Assembly (NCBI GenBank): GCA_051294375.1 | Contig: CM119266.1 | Coordinates: forward strand, 2,721,812 to 2,785,811 | DNA from: Paraspadella gotoi | Taxonomy: Eukaryota > Animalia > Chaetognatha | DNA: 64,000 nt | Direction: 5' to 3' | Shown here: positions 25,537 through 43,493 of the stretch, one piece after another | Layout of the letters: every line of letters starts with the position of its first letter | How positions within the stretch are numbered: position 1 is the stretch's first letter | Position numbers and translations under genes: made by a program | The notes under the pieces: generated by a model | Databases searched by the model: none | The model's input: only the letters and a program-made list of their open reading frames with translations | Told to the model about the DNA's origin: nothing

Positions 25537-27873
25537 ATGGTCGACACCGTTGCCCTGAACACTTATGAATTTGCCGCCGCTCGCGCCCACGAGATCGCCG
25601 TCATGGAGGAGGTCTTGCGCCTGGGCAACGCGGACCGGGCCAAGCGCGTCTTTCAACGTCTCCCTCGCCACATGAGGCGGAGACAGATGAGTCATAACGT
25701 CAAGAGATTACCAAGGAATATGAGGGAGCAGGCCAGGCAAGTCTTATCGAAAAAAAGAAATTAATATTGAATAAACTCATTCTTCTCATCCATTAAATTC
25801 TTTACCAGAAAAGAGATGGAGAATCAAGGCCTGACCAAAACAGACGGCGTCCCGAAACGCCCTTCCCGCTTCTCCCGCCGCCGACCCGCCCGCCTCGCTG
25901 AGGCGTACCTTCGCCGCCAAAAACGCGTCCGATGGTTGGAGACACACATCTGGCACGCCAAGCGATTCCACATGACGGAAAAGTGGGGCTACCGTCTGCC
26001 CGACCGTCCGACGGACAAGGGCATTCGCGCCGCCCATCGCTACATCTCTCGTTATTCCACGATCGCCGATCTCTCTTATCTGCAACACTTGGAGATCGTG
26101 GGCACCGTTGACGATGTAGTTCTCCTTTTTAGTGACTTGACTTGCGCCGCGGACGGCGCCACCATCGGGGCAGGCCGCTACACTTGCGGCGCCCTGCGCG
26201 GCGACTTGATGCTCTACGCCAAAGGACAGTGGCCTTTAGGGGTGATCGGGAAAGCAGAGTTTTTGTGGAATCATCCGCCTCAGTCGCCATCCTCGCCACC
26301 ACTCCGTCAACTCTGGCTCTTCGTCCACCCTCTGGCCTTCGATGAAGCAAAAGCGGCGTTGACTTTGGCAAACGCGAACGCCGGATTCCGCTGCCGCCTT
26401 CTCGACCTCACCGGCGAGGTTGTCCGCTTTCGCCTCAGCGGTCCGCTTTCACTGCGCATCGCCCGCCTCGTTTTGCGTTTCTCGATCCTTGACGAGACGA
26501 CGCCGGCGCACCTCGATCGCGTCGCCCACTTGGAAGAGAAGCGGGCGGCGTGGTTCGCCGATGACACCGCCGCCGAGGATGTCGAGGAATCGCGGCGTCG
26601 CGAAAGTCGGAAGCGCCGTTGGGATGAAATTTCCTCCGCTGTGCCGGGAGAACTTCCGGACAATCTTGTCTTCGGGCTGACGGTCGAAGACCCGAGGCTG
26701 AGACGGCCGAGGAAAAGGCGGCTGGTTGGGAAGGATCGGTTGGAGGATGAAGATGTCTCGAGTTCCCGGAACGTTGTCATCGGTTACGATCCGGAAACTA
26801 GCGGGTCCGCTCTTTGGAGGCCGGAAATTCGCCGACAGGTTCGCGACAAAAGACTCACAATCGCAGATCTTCACGCCATCCGACGTCGCGCTCTCGTTCC
26901 GGGCGAAGAGTTGAGAGTCGGAAAGTACACTTCGCACCTTCCAGTCGTCGTGTGTCAAAATCCCGGCGGCGGCGACGGGGTCTGGGGCGCCGGGATCGAC
27001 GTCTTTGTCCCCAGCGGATGGGGGCGCGACTTTTGGCTCTCCTTCGTTCTCAATGGCGCCAGAGCCGGCGGTCTTCGAGAGACGGACGCCGTGGATTGTG
27101 AAAAGGGCATCGCTCTTTACCCAACGCTCTTCCCCGACAGCGCCGGCGGTCGGTCGTCGGACGGCGCCAAGGAAGCTTCCGCCATCGACGCCCACTTTGC
27201 TCGTCCCATCGCCAAACGAGTCAATCATCTCAGTCTCGGCGTCCGGTTCCCCTTTCGATCTCCCTGGCACATACTGTTGACGGAGTGGAGCGGCGAGGAG
27301 GTTGGGGTGGAGGGCTACTTTGTGCTGCGCGACGAAGGTACTTTGAAGTCGTTGGCGGCGTCGTTGTTGGGCGTGGAGACGGCGTTGCCGACTGACGATT
27401 CCGGTCATCTCTCCAAATCCCTTGTTCCCGTCGAGGTCGTCTCCGATTCCAAGGGAAACATCCTCCCCTTCTCTCTTCTCTGCCTCCCTTCAGTCGACGA
27501 CGTCGCTCAATCGCTTCGTCGGGACTCCACGCCGCCGGTCGAACCCGTCCACCGCGTCACCCACGATTTGAAGAAGCATGTCCGCGCCGCCGTCAAGATG
27601 GGCGCTCGCGAGGCCGACGGCGCCGCGCGGTTTCCGACGGGCGACGCCGTCAAGGACATTTGCTCTAGACCAACGATGGGATTTACGACGACGGGATCGC
27701 TCTCGTTGACGCTGGCCAAACCGCGCGGCGTCGGATTCGTCGCTTACGACGCCTTGGCTGCGCTGAGACGGAATTTTAAAAAGGGGCGTGGTCCTCTGTT
27801 TTTGTTTAGTCGATGTCCGAACTCGTTGCAATATCGGAGAGTTCGGATTCGCGTTTTGACTCCTCGTCGTTAA
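25537..27873 (+). CDS. POP1: RNase P/MRP protein subunit POP1 (2 exons, GC-AG intron 25737-25808)
   Basis: FQRLPRHMRRRQMSHNVKRLP, WLETHIWHAKRFHM...WGYRLP, POPLD-like GWGRDFWLSFV...GGLRE and C-terminal SLQYR. Confidence 0.95.
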
Positions 27874-27943
27874 CTCGTTTAGTTGTTAACTTTTCTTGTT
27901 GATGTTATTTTATATAATATTATTTTTTCCAGCGAAAAAAAAA

Positions 27944-28339
27944 ATGTCGTCGACTAGTGAACAAAGGAAAGAGAGAGAACAGAACATGCGAGCGACGATC
28001 AATCGGAAGCTTGTCGAGAGCGGAGAGCGGGAGAAATTGAAAGAGCTTTTGAGGTTTGCGACTGAAAATAGATTAGGTTAATTCCAATTTTTGTTTGTTT
28101 ATGATTAGCTTGTATTTATGATGGTTTTCAGACTAAAACTGGTGGAATGCGGATGGCGCGATCAACTCAAACAAAACTGTAAGGAGATCGTGCGCAAGCG
28201 CGGACTGGAGAACGTGACGGTCGACGAGCTCGTGGCCGAGATCACCCCGCAGGGACGGCAGACCGTCCCCGACGCCGTCAAGAAGGAACTGCTGCAGAGA
28301 ATCAGGCAGTTTCTTGCCGGACAATTGCGTCAAGCTTGA
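27944..28339 (+). CDS. ENY2: Transcription and mRNA export factor ENY2/Sus1 (2 exons)
   Basis: [19 protein letters not shown]|[13 protein letters not shown]...[34 protein letters not shown]. Confidence 0.95.
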
Positions 28340-28753
28340 AAACTACTTAAATCATGGATTGGTCGTTGTTTCGCCTAAAACGGCTTTTACTGCTCGGCAA
28401 GGGACGTGACGACGCTTGCGCGCGCGTCGCCTGACCTGGACCACGTCCTCCCGCTCAACGTTCTCGCCACGCGGATCGTCGCCATTTTCTTCTTTTTCCC
28501 CCCAAATCCGGCCAATTCGATTGCTCGACGAAAGGCCGGAGGAAAGAAGTCCTCAATTGATAGATTATTAGTTTTTATGAAGTGTCTTTGCCTCCATGTA
28601 TCTCTATTCCCCTTCATCATTCATCGAATCCCCTTTCATTCGCTTTCTTTCGTCTCGTCTCCCCCCCCTTATTTTGTTTGTACAATGTACATTTCGTTGT
28701 TTTATTACTATTATTGTTTTTTCTCGTGCATTAAAAGATTATGTTGATTCGAG

Positions 28754-31559
28754 ATGGAGAACGGCGCGCAGATGATAAGCGACTATTATTGCCAAATATG
28801 TCAGGACCTGTGGGTGGAACCTGTGACGCTTCCGTGTCATCACGTGATGTGCAAAGACTGCTACTTTCGCAACGAGGCAGCCAATCCGTTACAGTGTCCT
28901 TTTTGCAAGAAGTCGGTGCGTAGTTGGACGCGGAAAGCGAAGAAGAATGGGAGGTAAATTTTTTTTTCCCGTTAAATAGGTTTTTTTTTCATTCCGTCTG
29001 TAATTTAAATTAATTCATTCTGTCTGTCATTTAAATTAATTTACCTCAGCTACGTCGACGCCGAACTTTGGGAGAAGACGCGATCCCTATTTCCGGCAGA
29101 AGTGACGCGGCGCCTCCAAGGCGAGAGCGTCGAAATACCGGACAAAGAGATAGACTTCTCTTACCTGCAGACGCGACGCCACTACGACGACGGAGAGTTG
29201 AGAAAGGAATACGAGAAGGAGGTTGGGTAAAGAGATGTGTCGAAAAAATGGGAAAAGATTCGATGGGATAAAAATGTAGTAGAGAGATGAGGAGAGTGGT
29301 GGGGGGGGGGTAAAGATGATCAAATTATTAAATAGGCGAAGTTGATTATTTGAGTCGAGTTGTTTTGGGTTGGACAGAAGGCCGAGCGAGAAGCGGAACT
29401 GGAACACCGACGCCAGTCCGAAGAGAACGCCAGCGAGGAGTTGCTGCGGACCTTGGGGAGGGAAGAGGAATTGTTGCGGAGAATTGAGGAGGAAAAGAAA
29501 CGACAAGAGGACGAAGATGCAAAGTTCGCCGGTGTGACTATTTTTAATTATCTTATTTGAAAAGGAGCAAATCGCCTGAGACCAATGCCATTCGTTTTCC
29601 TACAGCCAAGTTGGCCGAGCAAAAGTCTCCGAGCAAATTCCCCCAGCCGAAGATAACTCGCAATCGAGCCAAGGGCGTGGCCCCACCGAAGGACCAGCCC
29701 ACTTTGGAGACGATTTTGACCACGCCTAAAAGTTGGTCTCATTTGAATAATGAATAGGAATTTTACAGTGGCAAAGTCACGGACATTGCTCCGCTGCTTC
29801 TTTTTAAATCTAAAGGAAAACTCTCCCGCCGGGATTCCTCGCCCTCCACTCCCTCGACGCCATCGGAATCTCAACGCAGCCTCCAACGCGCCGTCGAGGT
29901 CGCCCGCGACCGCATCCAGCGCCGCAGCCTCTCACCCGAGTCGCCAGAGCTCGAGTTCGACTTCTCCCATCGAGTTGGGCGTCGGCGGCCACGGGTGGAC
30001 GTCTTTGCCGACACGGACGAGGAAGACGAAGTCAAAAAAGTCGAGTAAGGAGGATTTGGAAGGGCTGCCCGAAAAGTGAGAACCCTTTTCAAAGTGGATG
30101 GCAAATTTTTAGTAAACTGAGGTTAAATTTTTTTTATTTTTTTATTCAAATTTGATAGAAAAAAGAAATCAAAATTCGATCGTTTGGAAGAGACAACTAA
30201 TTGTAATGAGAAAGTGACAGAACCGTTCAATATACCTTAGCAGTCACTTCGGATCAGGCTGTAACAACGTGTTACAGTCGGGTTAAGCCCTCCGTCCCTC
30301 TTAACTGCTAGGCGGCTACCGGGCTGGAACCCCGGGCCTTTGGGTTGGGAGGCGAATGACTTGCCTCCTGTACCAATGGCGGTGGATTTTAGTCCACCAT
30401 AGTTTCAAATTTATTATAATATTTATTTTGCATTAATATATTGATAACTTTTTGCTTTGTGTAAAGACTCAGTCTCTTTTTCTCTTTTCAGTTCCTTTTC
30501 ATACGATTGTTGTTCTCCTGTAGAAGGAAGAGCGACTCTCCTCCGCCGAAGCGACACCATCCAATGTGACGACGCCGAGGGAGATGGCGAAAACTTGGCA
30601 ACTCACGAAGGAAAGAATCGACTCACGAGAGGAATCGACGACAAAGAAAAAGATCGTCCGCGACTCGACGAGCGTCGGCGAATGATAATTCATCTTTTCC
30701 AATCGCTGATACATCTACCACTTCATCCGCTGAGAACCAACAAGCTTCGTTCGTCGACAAAAGATTCAAATCTTTAAGGAATTCCATATCACTTTCTGAC
30801 AAACCTCTTCGAGAATCTCTCGTCCCAGAAGACTTGGACTCTGTCAATGTATCTTTTGCCGCCAACAGTTCCGCTACATTACTTGCGGACGAATCCGACT
30901 TTTCTCTCTCTAATGAATCCGCCCAATCATTTCTAGACGACTCATCCCTTACCGTCGAAGCCTCCACTTCTCTCGCCGATCGATCCTCAACTTTCCTCTC
31001 CGATCTCTCTTCCCCTTCCGTCCCTGCCCTCGTGTCCGAAGAAATTCAAAGGCTCAAGTCTCAGGAAGAGGAAGACTTGAAACTGGCGCGGAAACTCCAC
31101 CGTCAATTCGAGAACGAGCGCCGAGCGGAGATGACGAAACGGCCTGATGGTTACGGGACTCGATCCCGATCTCCCACTTTAAAGAAATCTATAGGAAGCC
31201 AGGATTCTCTGTCTCCAGATTTTCCCTCGACGGCTACGGCGCGAAAGCAGCGCCGGGCCGCTACCGAGTCTTCACCGGCGTCTAAACGGGTCTCGCGTTC
31301 TCAGAGTCTCGGGAGTAAACCTACGAGGAAGCCTTCGTCGACGTCGTCCGATCGCGAGAACGCCGTTCCGGCTGATTGTCCTCACCGCGACGCCGGCGCC
31401 GGGAAAAGTTGCTCATTTTGTTTGTTAACCTCGCCGAATCACGTGGAAAGAAGCGTCGGCGATCGTGGCGGTGCCGCCAAGGGAAAAGGCGCCGGAAAAG
31501 GGTTGAAGAGGAAAACTTCGAACTTAATGACGCCGCGCAAAAAGAGAATAAAGAACTGA
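28754..31559 (+). CDS. RNF168: E3 ubiquitin ligase RNF168-like (multi-exon)
   Basis: C3HC4 RING CQIC...PCHHVMCKDC...CPFC, post-RING ELW..GELRKEYE, UMI/MIU1-like ENASEELLRTL, MIU2 QEEEDLKLARKL and LRM-like PDGYGTRS. Middle exons are approximate. Confidence 0.8.
30222..30382 (-). mobile_element. tRNA(Gly)-derived SINE fragment in RNF168 intron
   Basis: Minus strand shows A box TGGTACAGGAGG, a TCGCCTCCCA Gly(CCC)-like anticodon arm and B box GGTTCCAGCCC, followed by a non-tRNA body; no clean acceptor stem. Confidence 0.6.
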
Positions 31560-31809
31560 CAACGAGATGGCGTCTTTTTTCTAACTCCGTATTTAGTGAT
31601 AAAAACTGAATTCTTAACCAGAGTGCCTTGAAAGAAATTACTTTTGCTTTTAAATTGCTTATTTTCCCGCCAGTACGAGAATGAACGAGAAGGTGCTCTC
31701 ATTATTTGTGTGATAAATCCTTTAATTTTTACAAGTCTTGTTAATATAAATTGCCTTTTTCAACATTATTTTTGTTACTAGGCCCTTCTTTATCTCCAAA
31801 ATTTTAACT

Positions 31810-33605
31810 ATGGATCTACTCATTCCAACCGTCGTCTTCGTCGTCGTCGTCGTCTTCATAGTTTACTCGAAACTCAAACCAGTTTTCGAAACGAAGCCCG
31901 TTTCTGGGGGACACCATCCGGAAATTCTCTTGCCTTTTTCTAAATCCGTCGAGTTGTATCACAACGCCCAATCGAGCGCGAGCCAAAAAGTCCGGACCTG
32001 TCTGGCTGAGGCGGGGATCGATTACAAGGTCTTTGCCTTCTGGGGAGATTGTGGCATTTTATTGGTTGCATTGAAGATGAACAAGAAAAGGTTTTGTCCC
32101 TTTCGTCCGTTTCGGTCTATTATGTTGATGGTAACTTCAGTTTTATTCAAGTAAAGATAACTTTGGTTCACGCGAATTTTCAAAAAAGATGATTAAACTG
32201 TGAATTTATGAATAACTTTGACAAATAAATCGTCTTTCAGTCGCACGAAGTAAATCTCCCCTCCACTGGCTCCTTCGACACGAAGCTCCCTTCCTTTTTG
32301 CGCATCAATCCGGCGGGCACAGTCCCCGTTTTGATTCACGAGGGTCACCCAGTCTACGAGTCTCACGAGCAGATCCACTTTATCGACCGGGTTTTGCGGA
32401 ACGACCTCCGGCCCAGTCTGAGGTGTTGAGCTAATTTTCTGCTTTCCAATCTTTTTCCTTAAATGTTGTTCCGGTTAGGCCGACCGACTCTGAGCAGTTG
32501 GATTTGATGGATAAATGGGTGAAGCGCTGCTCCATGATCCATTCCGAGATCGAGGCGGAACCGGCCTTCCAATCCCGCGTGGGAAACCTGATGCCGGCGA
32601 TGACGCTTCCGGTTTTCGCAGGTTTGATTGGTCGCTCAACCAGAGGCCCTTCCTTAGCGGGTCTCGATTTGGGGACGTCGATCCCTTGCGTAATTCGGGC
32701 AAACGAGTTTCTTATTTTTCGTAGCGAACGCCGTTTATTTGATGAACTTGAAGAACTTGTTTCTCAGCGCAATGATGTTCCCGTTGTTGAAGCAAAAGCT
32801 GTTTCCCATTTTGATTCTCGGGTTCAAGGTAATTTGTAATTTGTTCAAGGTACTTTGTCATCGCAGCCATAATTACGGAATTTTCAGTTTTTTGCTGCCG
32901 AATTAAAATCTCCCATGCGACTTTTTTTTTCCCCCCTCGGCTTTTTTCGCCGATCAAGTTGTTCGGAGTTTATTTTTTCAAGTTGCCGAGAATCTCGAAT
33001 TTCTCGAAAAGAGCGACACACTCTTTGACCCATCATCTTCTCGACCTGGAAAATGATTTGGCTCGAGGTTAGGTTTAGGTTTCAAAGTTTCGAAATATAT
33101 GTATGTTTTTTGGTATGAACAATGTTTTTTTGTCCGTTTGAATCGGCAGGCGGAGGTCCATGGATTTGCGGGGAGACTTTCTCGCTCGCGGACGTGAGTT
33201 GGGTGCCCGTCTTCGAAAGAATGGAAGTCGCCCGATTGTGGGCTCTATTCGTCGAAGGAGACAACGCTCATGAATTCAGGGTTCGGCTGGAGATTGTGAG
33301 AATTGTTATTTCATATCAAAAATGATACTGAAGCAACATAATAAAATATGTAGAATTTTAAAGGTGTCGTTTAAACGTCATTTATATTCCTCCAGCGCGT
33401 TGCGGAATATTGGAACCGTATAAAAGGTCGACCTTGCTACATCGAGGGTCGAGTGAAAAACGCCGACGCCAGAATCGAAATTGTCAAGAAGATTATCGAT
33501 TATTGGAAGGTGGAACATCCTTGGCTCTCGAAAACCCTTTACGGAGATATACACGTTTCAGTGTGTAAAGGAAAGAATGGCCAATATTGTCCTCAAACGA
33601 TCTAA
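31810..33605 (+). CDS. Glutathione S-transferase-fold protein (GDAP1-like) with N-terminal membrane anchor, ~7 exons
   Basis: GST-N: LYHNAQSSASQKVR and INPAGTVPVLIHEGHPVYES. GST-C: GPWICGETFSLADVSW...VAEYWNRIKGRP. N-terminal hydrophobic segment. Confidence 0.8.
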
Positions 33606-34151
33606 TATGTTTGTGGGAAAATCGGTGACTTGCTTTGATTTTGGAATCAAATCTAACTGATGGGTCGGTCCATCATTTCTATCTCTCTATGAGTAAAGTC
33701 CCAAAAAATAGGCAAAAAAAATTATTATCTGAGAGGGAGCTCTCGAGCTGAAGTAGAACCCAAGACAGTACGAAAATCACTCTTTGCTCCTTCTTCTGTC
33801 GTCGCTCGATGAGGAGGAAGGGAAAGGGAGGAAAAGAGGCGGAAGAGGAAGAAGAAAAGGTGTCTCGAGCGAGAATGGAGAAGAGAAGTGGGGGAATCCA
33901 GTGAAATCTACTCATCCCTCTATCTGCAAATCGATAACAAATTATTATTAATTCTGCTTTTACTATCTTGTTTACAGTTTTTACTACTGTGCGATTTTTT
34001 ATAAGGAAGGAACTTTTGATGAACTTTTGATTTCAGTTAAAATATTTTCTGTAATCATGCTAATGTCTCGAGATTATTTTTTTTTCTTTAGCGATTTGAA
34101 AAGCTCACAGGCAGATAAACATTTTTAAAAACAAAGACTGGAGGGAACGCT

Positions 34152-35680
34152 ATGGCGAACCGAACCGTTAAAGACGCTCACACCATCCACGGGACCAACC
34201 CCCAGTATCTCGTGGAGAAGATCATCCGATCGCGGGTCTACGAGTGTCGCTACTGGAAGGAGGACTGCTTCGCCCTCACCTCGGAACTCCTCGTCGACAA
34301 AGCCATTGAACTAAAGTACATTGGCGGCGTCGTCGGCGGAAATATCAGGTGGGGGGGAGTTAAATTTTACTGAAGATATTTCGATATTTTAACTTGGTTT
34401 TTCTTATTACTAACTTGTAATTGCCTAAGTTTGAAAAAGGGATGACTTATGATTTGGTAAGAAAAGGAGATGATATTTATTTGAAAACATTACTTTTGAC
34501 GTATTTAGTTCCGGCAATGATGTCGACTGTAAACAGAAAGTAATTGGATTTCTCCTAAAATACGATATACAAATGATTTTAATTAGCTCAATCTCACTAG
34601 ATTTCTTTTTCCTTGCTCAGACCGACTCCTTTCATCTGCCTCATTCTCAAAATGCTGCAGATTCAACCCGAAAAAGACATCGTCGTCGAATTCATCAAGA
34701 ACGAAGAGTTTAAGTACGTCCGCGCGTTGGGCGCTTATTACATGAGACTGACCGGTAGCTCGCTCGATTGCTACAAATACTTGGAACCGCTCTACAACGA
34801 CTACAGGAAGATTAGGAGGCTCAACCGGGACGGTAAGCTAGACCGGCTTAGGGAGTTGGGAATGGCTTTAATTTACGTGAGATTGAATGACTTGAATGTA
34901 ATATCAACGAATAATTAAAAAGTGATGGTTTAAGTCTATTAGACCTTGATTACAGCTATATGCGAGCCACCATGAACAGTTTGAGCATTGAGAAATGAGC
35001 AGGTCTTCGAAGGCTCTATTGATGTCTTTATGCAACAGCTGAATAAGAACTGGTCACTTATGAAATGAATTAAATTCGTGCGCATCAGCTGTTTTGGGTG
35101 AAACCTACCAAATTTTAAACTTTAAACAGGAAAGGATTAATCCATTTAATGATCTCATTAATGAAGGCACCTTCGTCCTGACCCACGTGGATGAGTTCGT
35201 GGAGGAGCTTCTCTCGGAAGAGCGCTCCCTCGACGTGATCCTCCCGCGCATTCAGAAGCGATCCGTGCTTGAGGAGATTAATCAGTTGGAGACACGAGTC
35301 TCGGCGCTGGAAGAAGACCTCGACGCCATCGTCGAGTCCGGATCCGAGGAGGAAGACTTTTACATGGAGTCCTCCAACCCCGTCGGCGACGACGACGCCG
35401 GCGATCGAGACGAGAAGCGGACGAGGGATCATCGCCGGAGTCGAAGTCGGTCGCCGGGTGGAGGAGGAGGAGGAGGACATCATCGGAGAGACAAGAAGAG
35501 GCGGACGAGTCGGGAGAGGGAGAGACCGAGGCACAGGTTGGGCCACATTGATAAAATGATAAATGGTTTTTAAAATCTAATTAGGTCTGACAACCGCTTA
35601 ATCTTATTATTTCAAAGCGGGAGCCACAATACTAAACAATAATTGAGTTAAACGAAAGTCAATATTGAGGCTACGAAGGT

Positions 35681-35733
<53 letters not shown>

Positions 35734-36206
35734 TGGTCAGTGCCCTGCTCTCTCGGTTTAAACTCATTCGATCTCGACTTTGTACATTGTACACATTTCT
35801 CTGCGTCCCGTTATTATTCTCTAATAATGTATGTGTCGCCACAGTTTCATTGTCGTGTTTTCTCTTTTCATTCAGAAGTCGCAGCAGAGACCGGGACCGT
35901 GCCGAGAGAAACGACCGAGCTGACCGCAACGAGCGAAACGACCGCACCGATCGCGAGCGCGGACGGAGACGCGACGACGATCGCCGCGCCGACGATCGCC
36001 GAGCCCCTCGTCGCGATCGGGACCGAGACCGCGGCGGCGATCGGGACCGAGACCGCGACAGAGAACGGGACCGAGACCGGGAACGCGGAGACAAACGGGG
36101 CGGACGAGACAAACGCGGCGGCGGCGGCGACGAAGACATCGACGACGAAATCCGGGAGGCGAACGAACTTCGCGCCAAACTCGGACTCCCGCCCCTCAGA
36201 CCTTGA
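34152..36206 (+). CDS. PRPF38A: Pre-mRNA splicing factor 38A (4 exons)
   Basis: MANRTVKDAHTIHGTNPQYLVEKIIRSR, PTPFICLILKMLQIQP, RS/RD-rich tail ending EIREANELRAKLGLPPLRP. Confidence 0.96.
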
Positions 36207-36706
36207 AAAAGGAGCTTTTAGGAGGAGAGAGGGATCCTTTCAATTGGTTATTTTGCTGAACCTCCTGTCTTTAATTAGTCTGTTGTTTTCTTTATTATCA
36301 TCGAATTCGTCCTCATTTTTCACGCGTTGCTTTTCTTTCTTGTCTTTAAAGATTAAAAAATTGTAACGCTATGCTTCGCCGAGGGACTAACGCTTTCGAT
36401 TCCTCGATCAGCCTCTCCTAGAGTCGGGATCGTCGAATTGACACGCCCCATCTTTTTTTTTTATTTCTGCACTACCACGCCCATCGACGCGAAAAAGGGA
36501 CGGAGAGACTTTTTCCCCTTCCCATCCATGTCTGGGGAGATCCTCCATCGTCACCCATTCTGGCCCCGACCTCGACGACCCTTCGCCGATCTTAATTTTC
36601 ACCATCATCCCATCTAAAAAGGCTCGAAGGGGGAAAGAGATAGCGACCGCGTGAAAGAGAGAGAGTGTTTGTTTGTGAGTGAGCGCGTTCACAAAAAAAA
36701 TACTGA

Positions 36707-42366
<5,660 letters not shown>

Positions 42367-43493
42367 AAGCAGGGGGGGGGGAATACTTCGCCGATTTCAT
42401 TCTCCGCGCGCTCTTTTTCACCCGCCCCCAACCCCACTATGTTTTTTTGATACTTTTGATACGCTCACTCGATGCTCAACAATGTCTTTACTAGTCACCG
42501 TAGCGTGTACATATGAAATAATAAAACGCGATCGATTAACGCTTCATTTTAAATTAAAAACTAAATCTTTACATCAGTTGTGGATATATTTTGTTGAAAA
42601 ACGATTACTTTTTGTTTGTTTTGTTTTTTTGTTGTTTTTTTTTGTTTACAAATTCAAAGGGATTGTTTTATGTAGTTGTTTTGAAATGAATTTTAACTGC
42701 TAATGATTGCTGCCTCCGCTAATTCTAGTTTAAAAAACGGGTTATTAGCTTCTCTATGTTTTCACTCGTTAATTTTTGTCCTTCCCCGACTTTTGTTTTT
42801 AGATAATTAACGCTAAACAAAATACAATAGTTTAAAAATTTTATAAAATTAAAATTAAATCACTAAATCGCAATGGGAGAGAAAATTAAATTTATCCAAA
42901 TCGTTTATCAATCGCACTCGCTGTTGAATTTTCAAATTTTAACCGTAACTCGTAATCAGTCAGTGTCATCATTGACTTTGTCCCCTCTTTTCATGGCCAA
43001 GTAGTATCATTACACATCTTGGCTTTGAGAGCTAGTATTTTTTTTTTTTTTAAATTATTAGATTTATACAAGATACAAGCGCCGAATTAGACGCTCACCC
43101 GTTTCGCTTGGAGTTTAACCAGAGGAAAAAAACCTGTTTTTTTTTCTTGTCTCGGTCATCGATTCGTTTTAATTGGTTTATATTCTATTTTGTTCTTTAT
43201 GTCATTAAATCTCTGCCATCAAACTCGTTCGTCTCTGAAAAAAAAAATCCGTAGTATCGCTGTCGCCCCAAATCCGCTTTATTTCTTATTTGATTTGTTG
43301 TACTACAAATTGTAGCCGATCAGGAAAGGAGGGAGAAAAACAAAGAACAACGACGGGAAAAAAATGATTCGCTCGAAAGACGGGTGACGCCATGTCGTCG
43401 TCGTCGTCGACTCGGCGCCAGATGCCATAAAAAAATAAACAATAACTCCCACTTTTTCTCTTTTTCGTTTGGATGGGAATCTCGCGCGGGAAA

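Noticed and set aside
26449-27408. 319-aa minus-strand ORF and other long antisense ORFs over GC-rich exons
   Set aside because: Shadow ORFs of real + strand genes, caused by GC-rich codon usage; no motifs.
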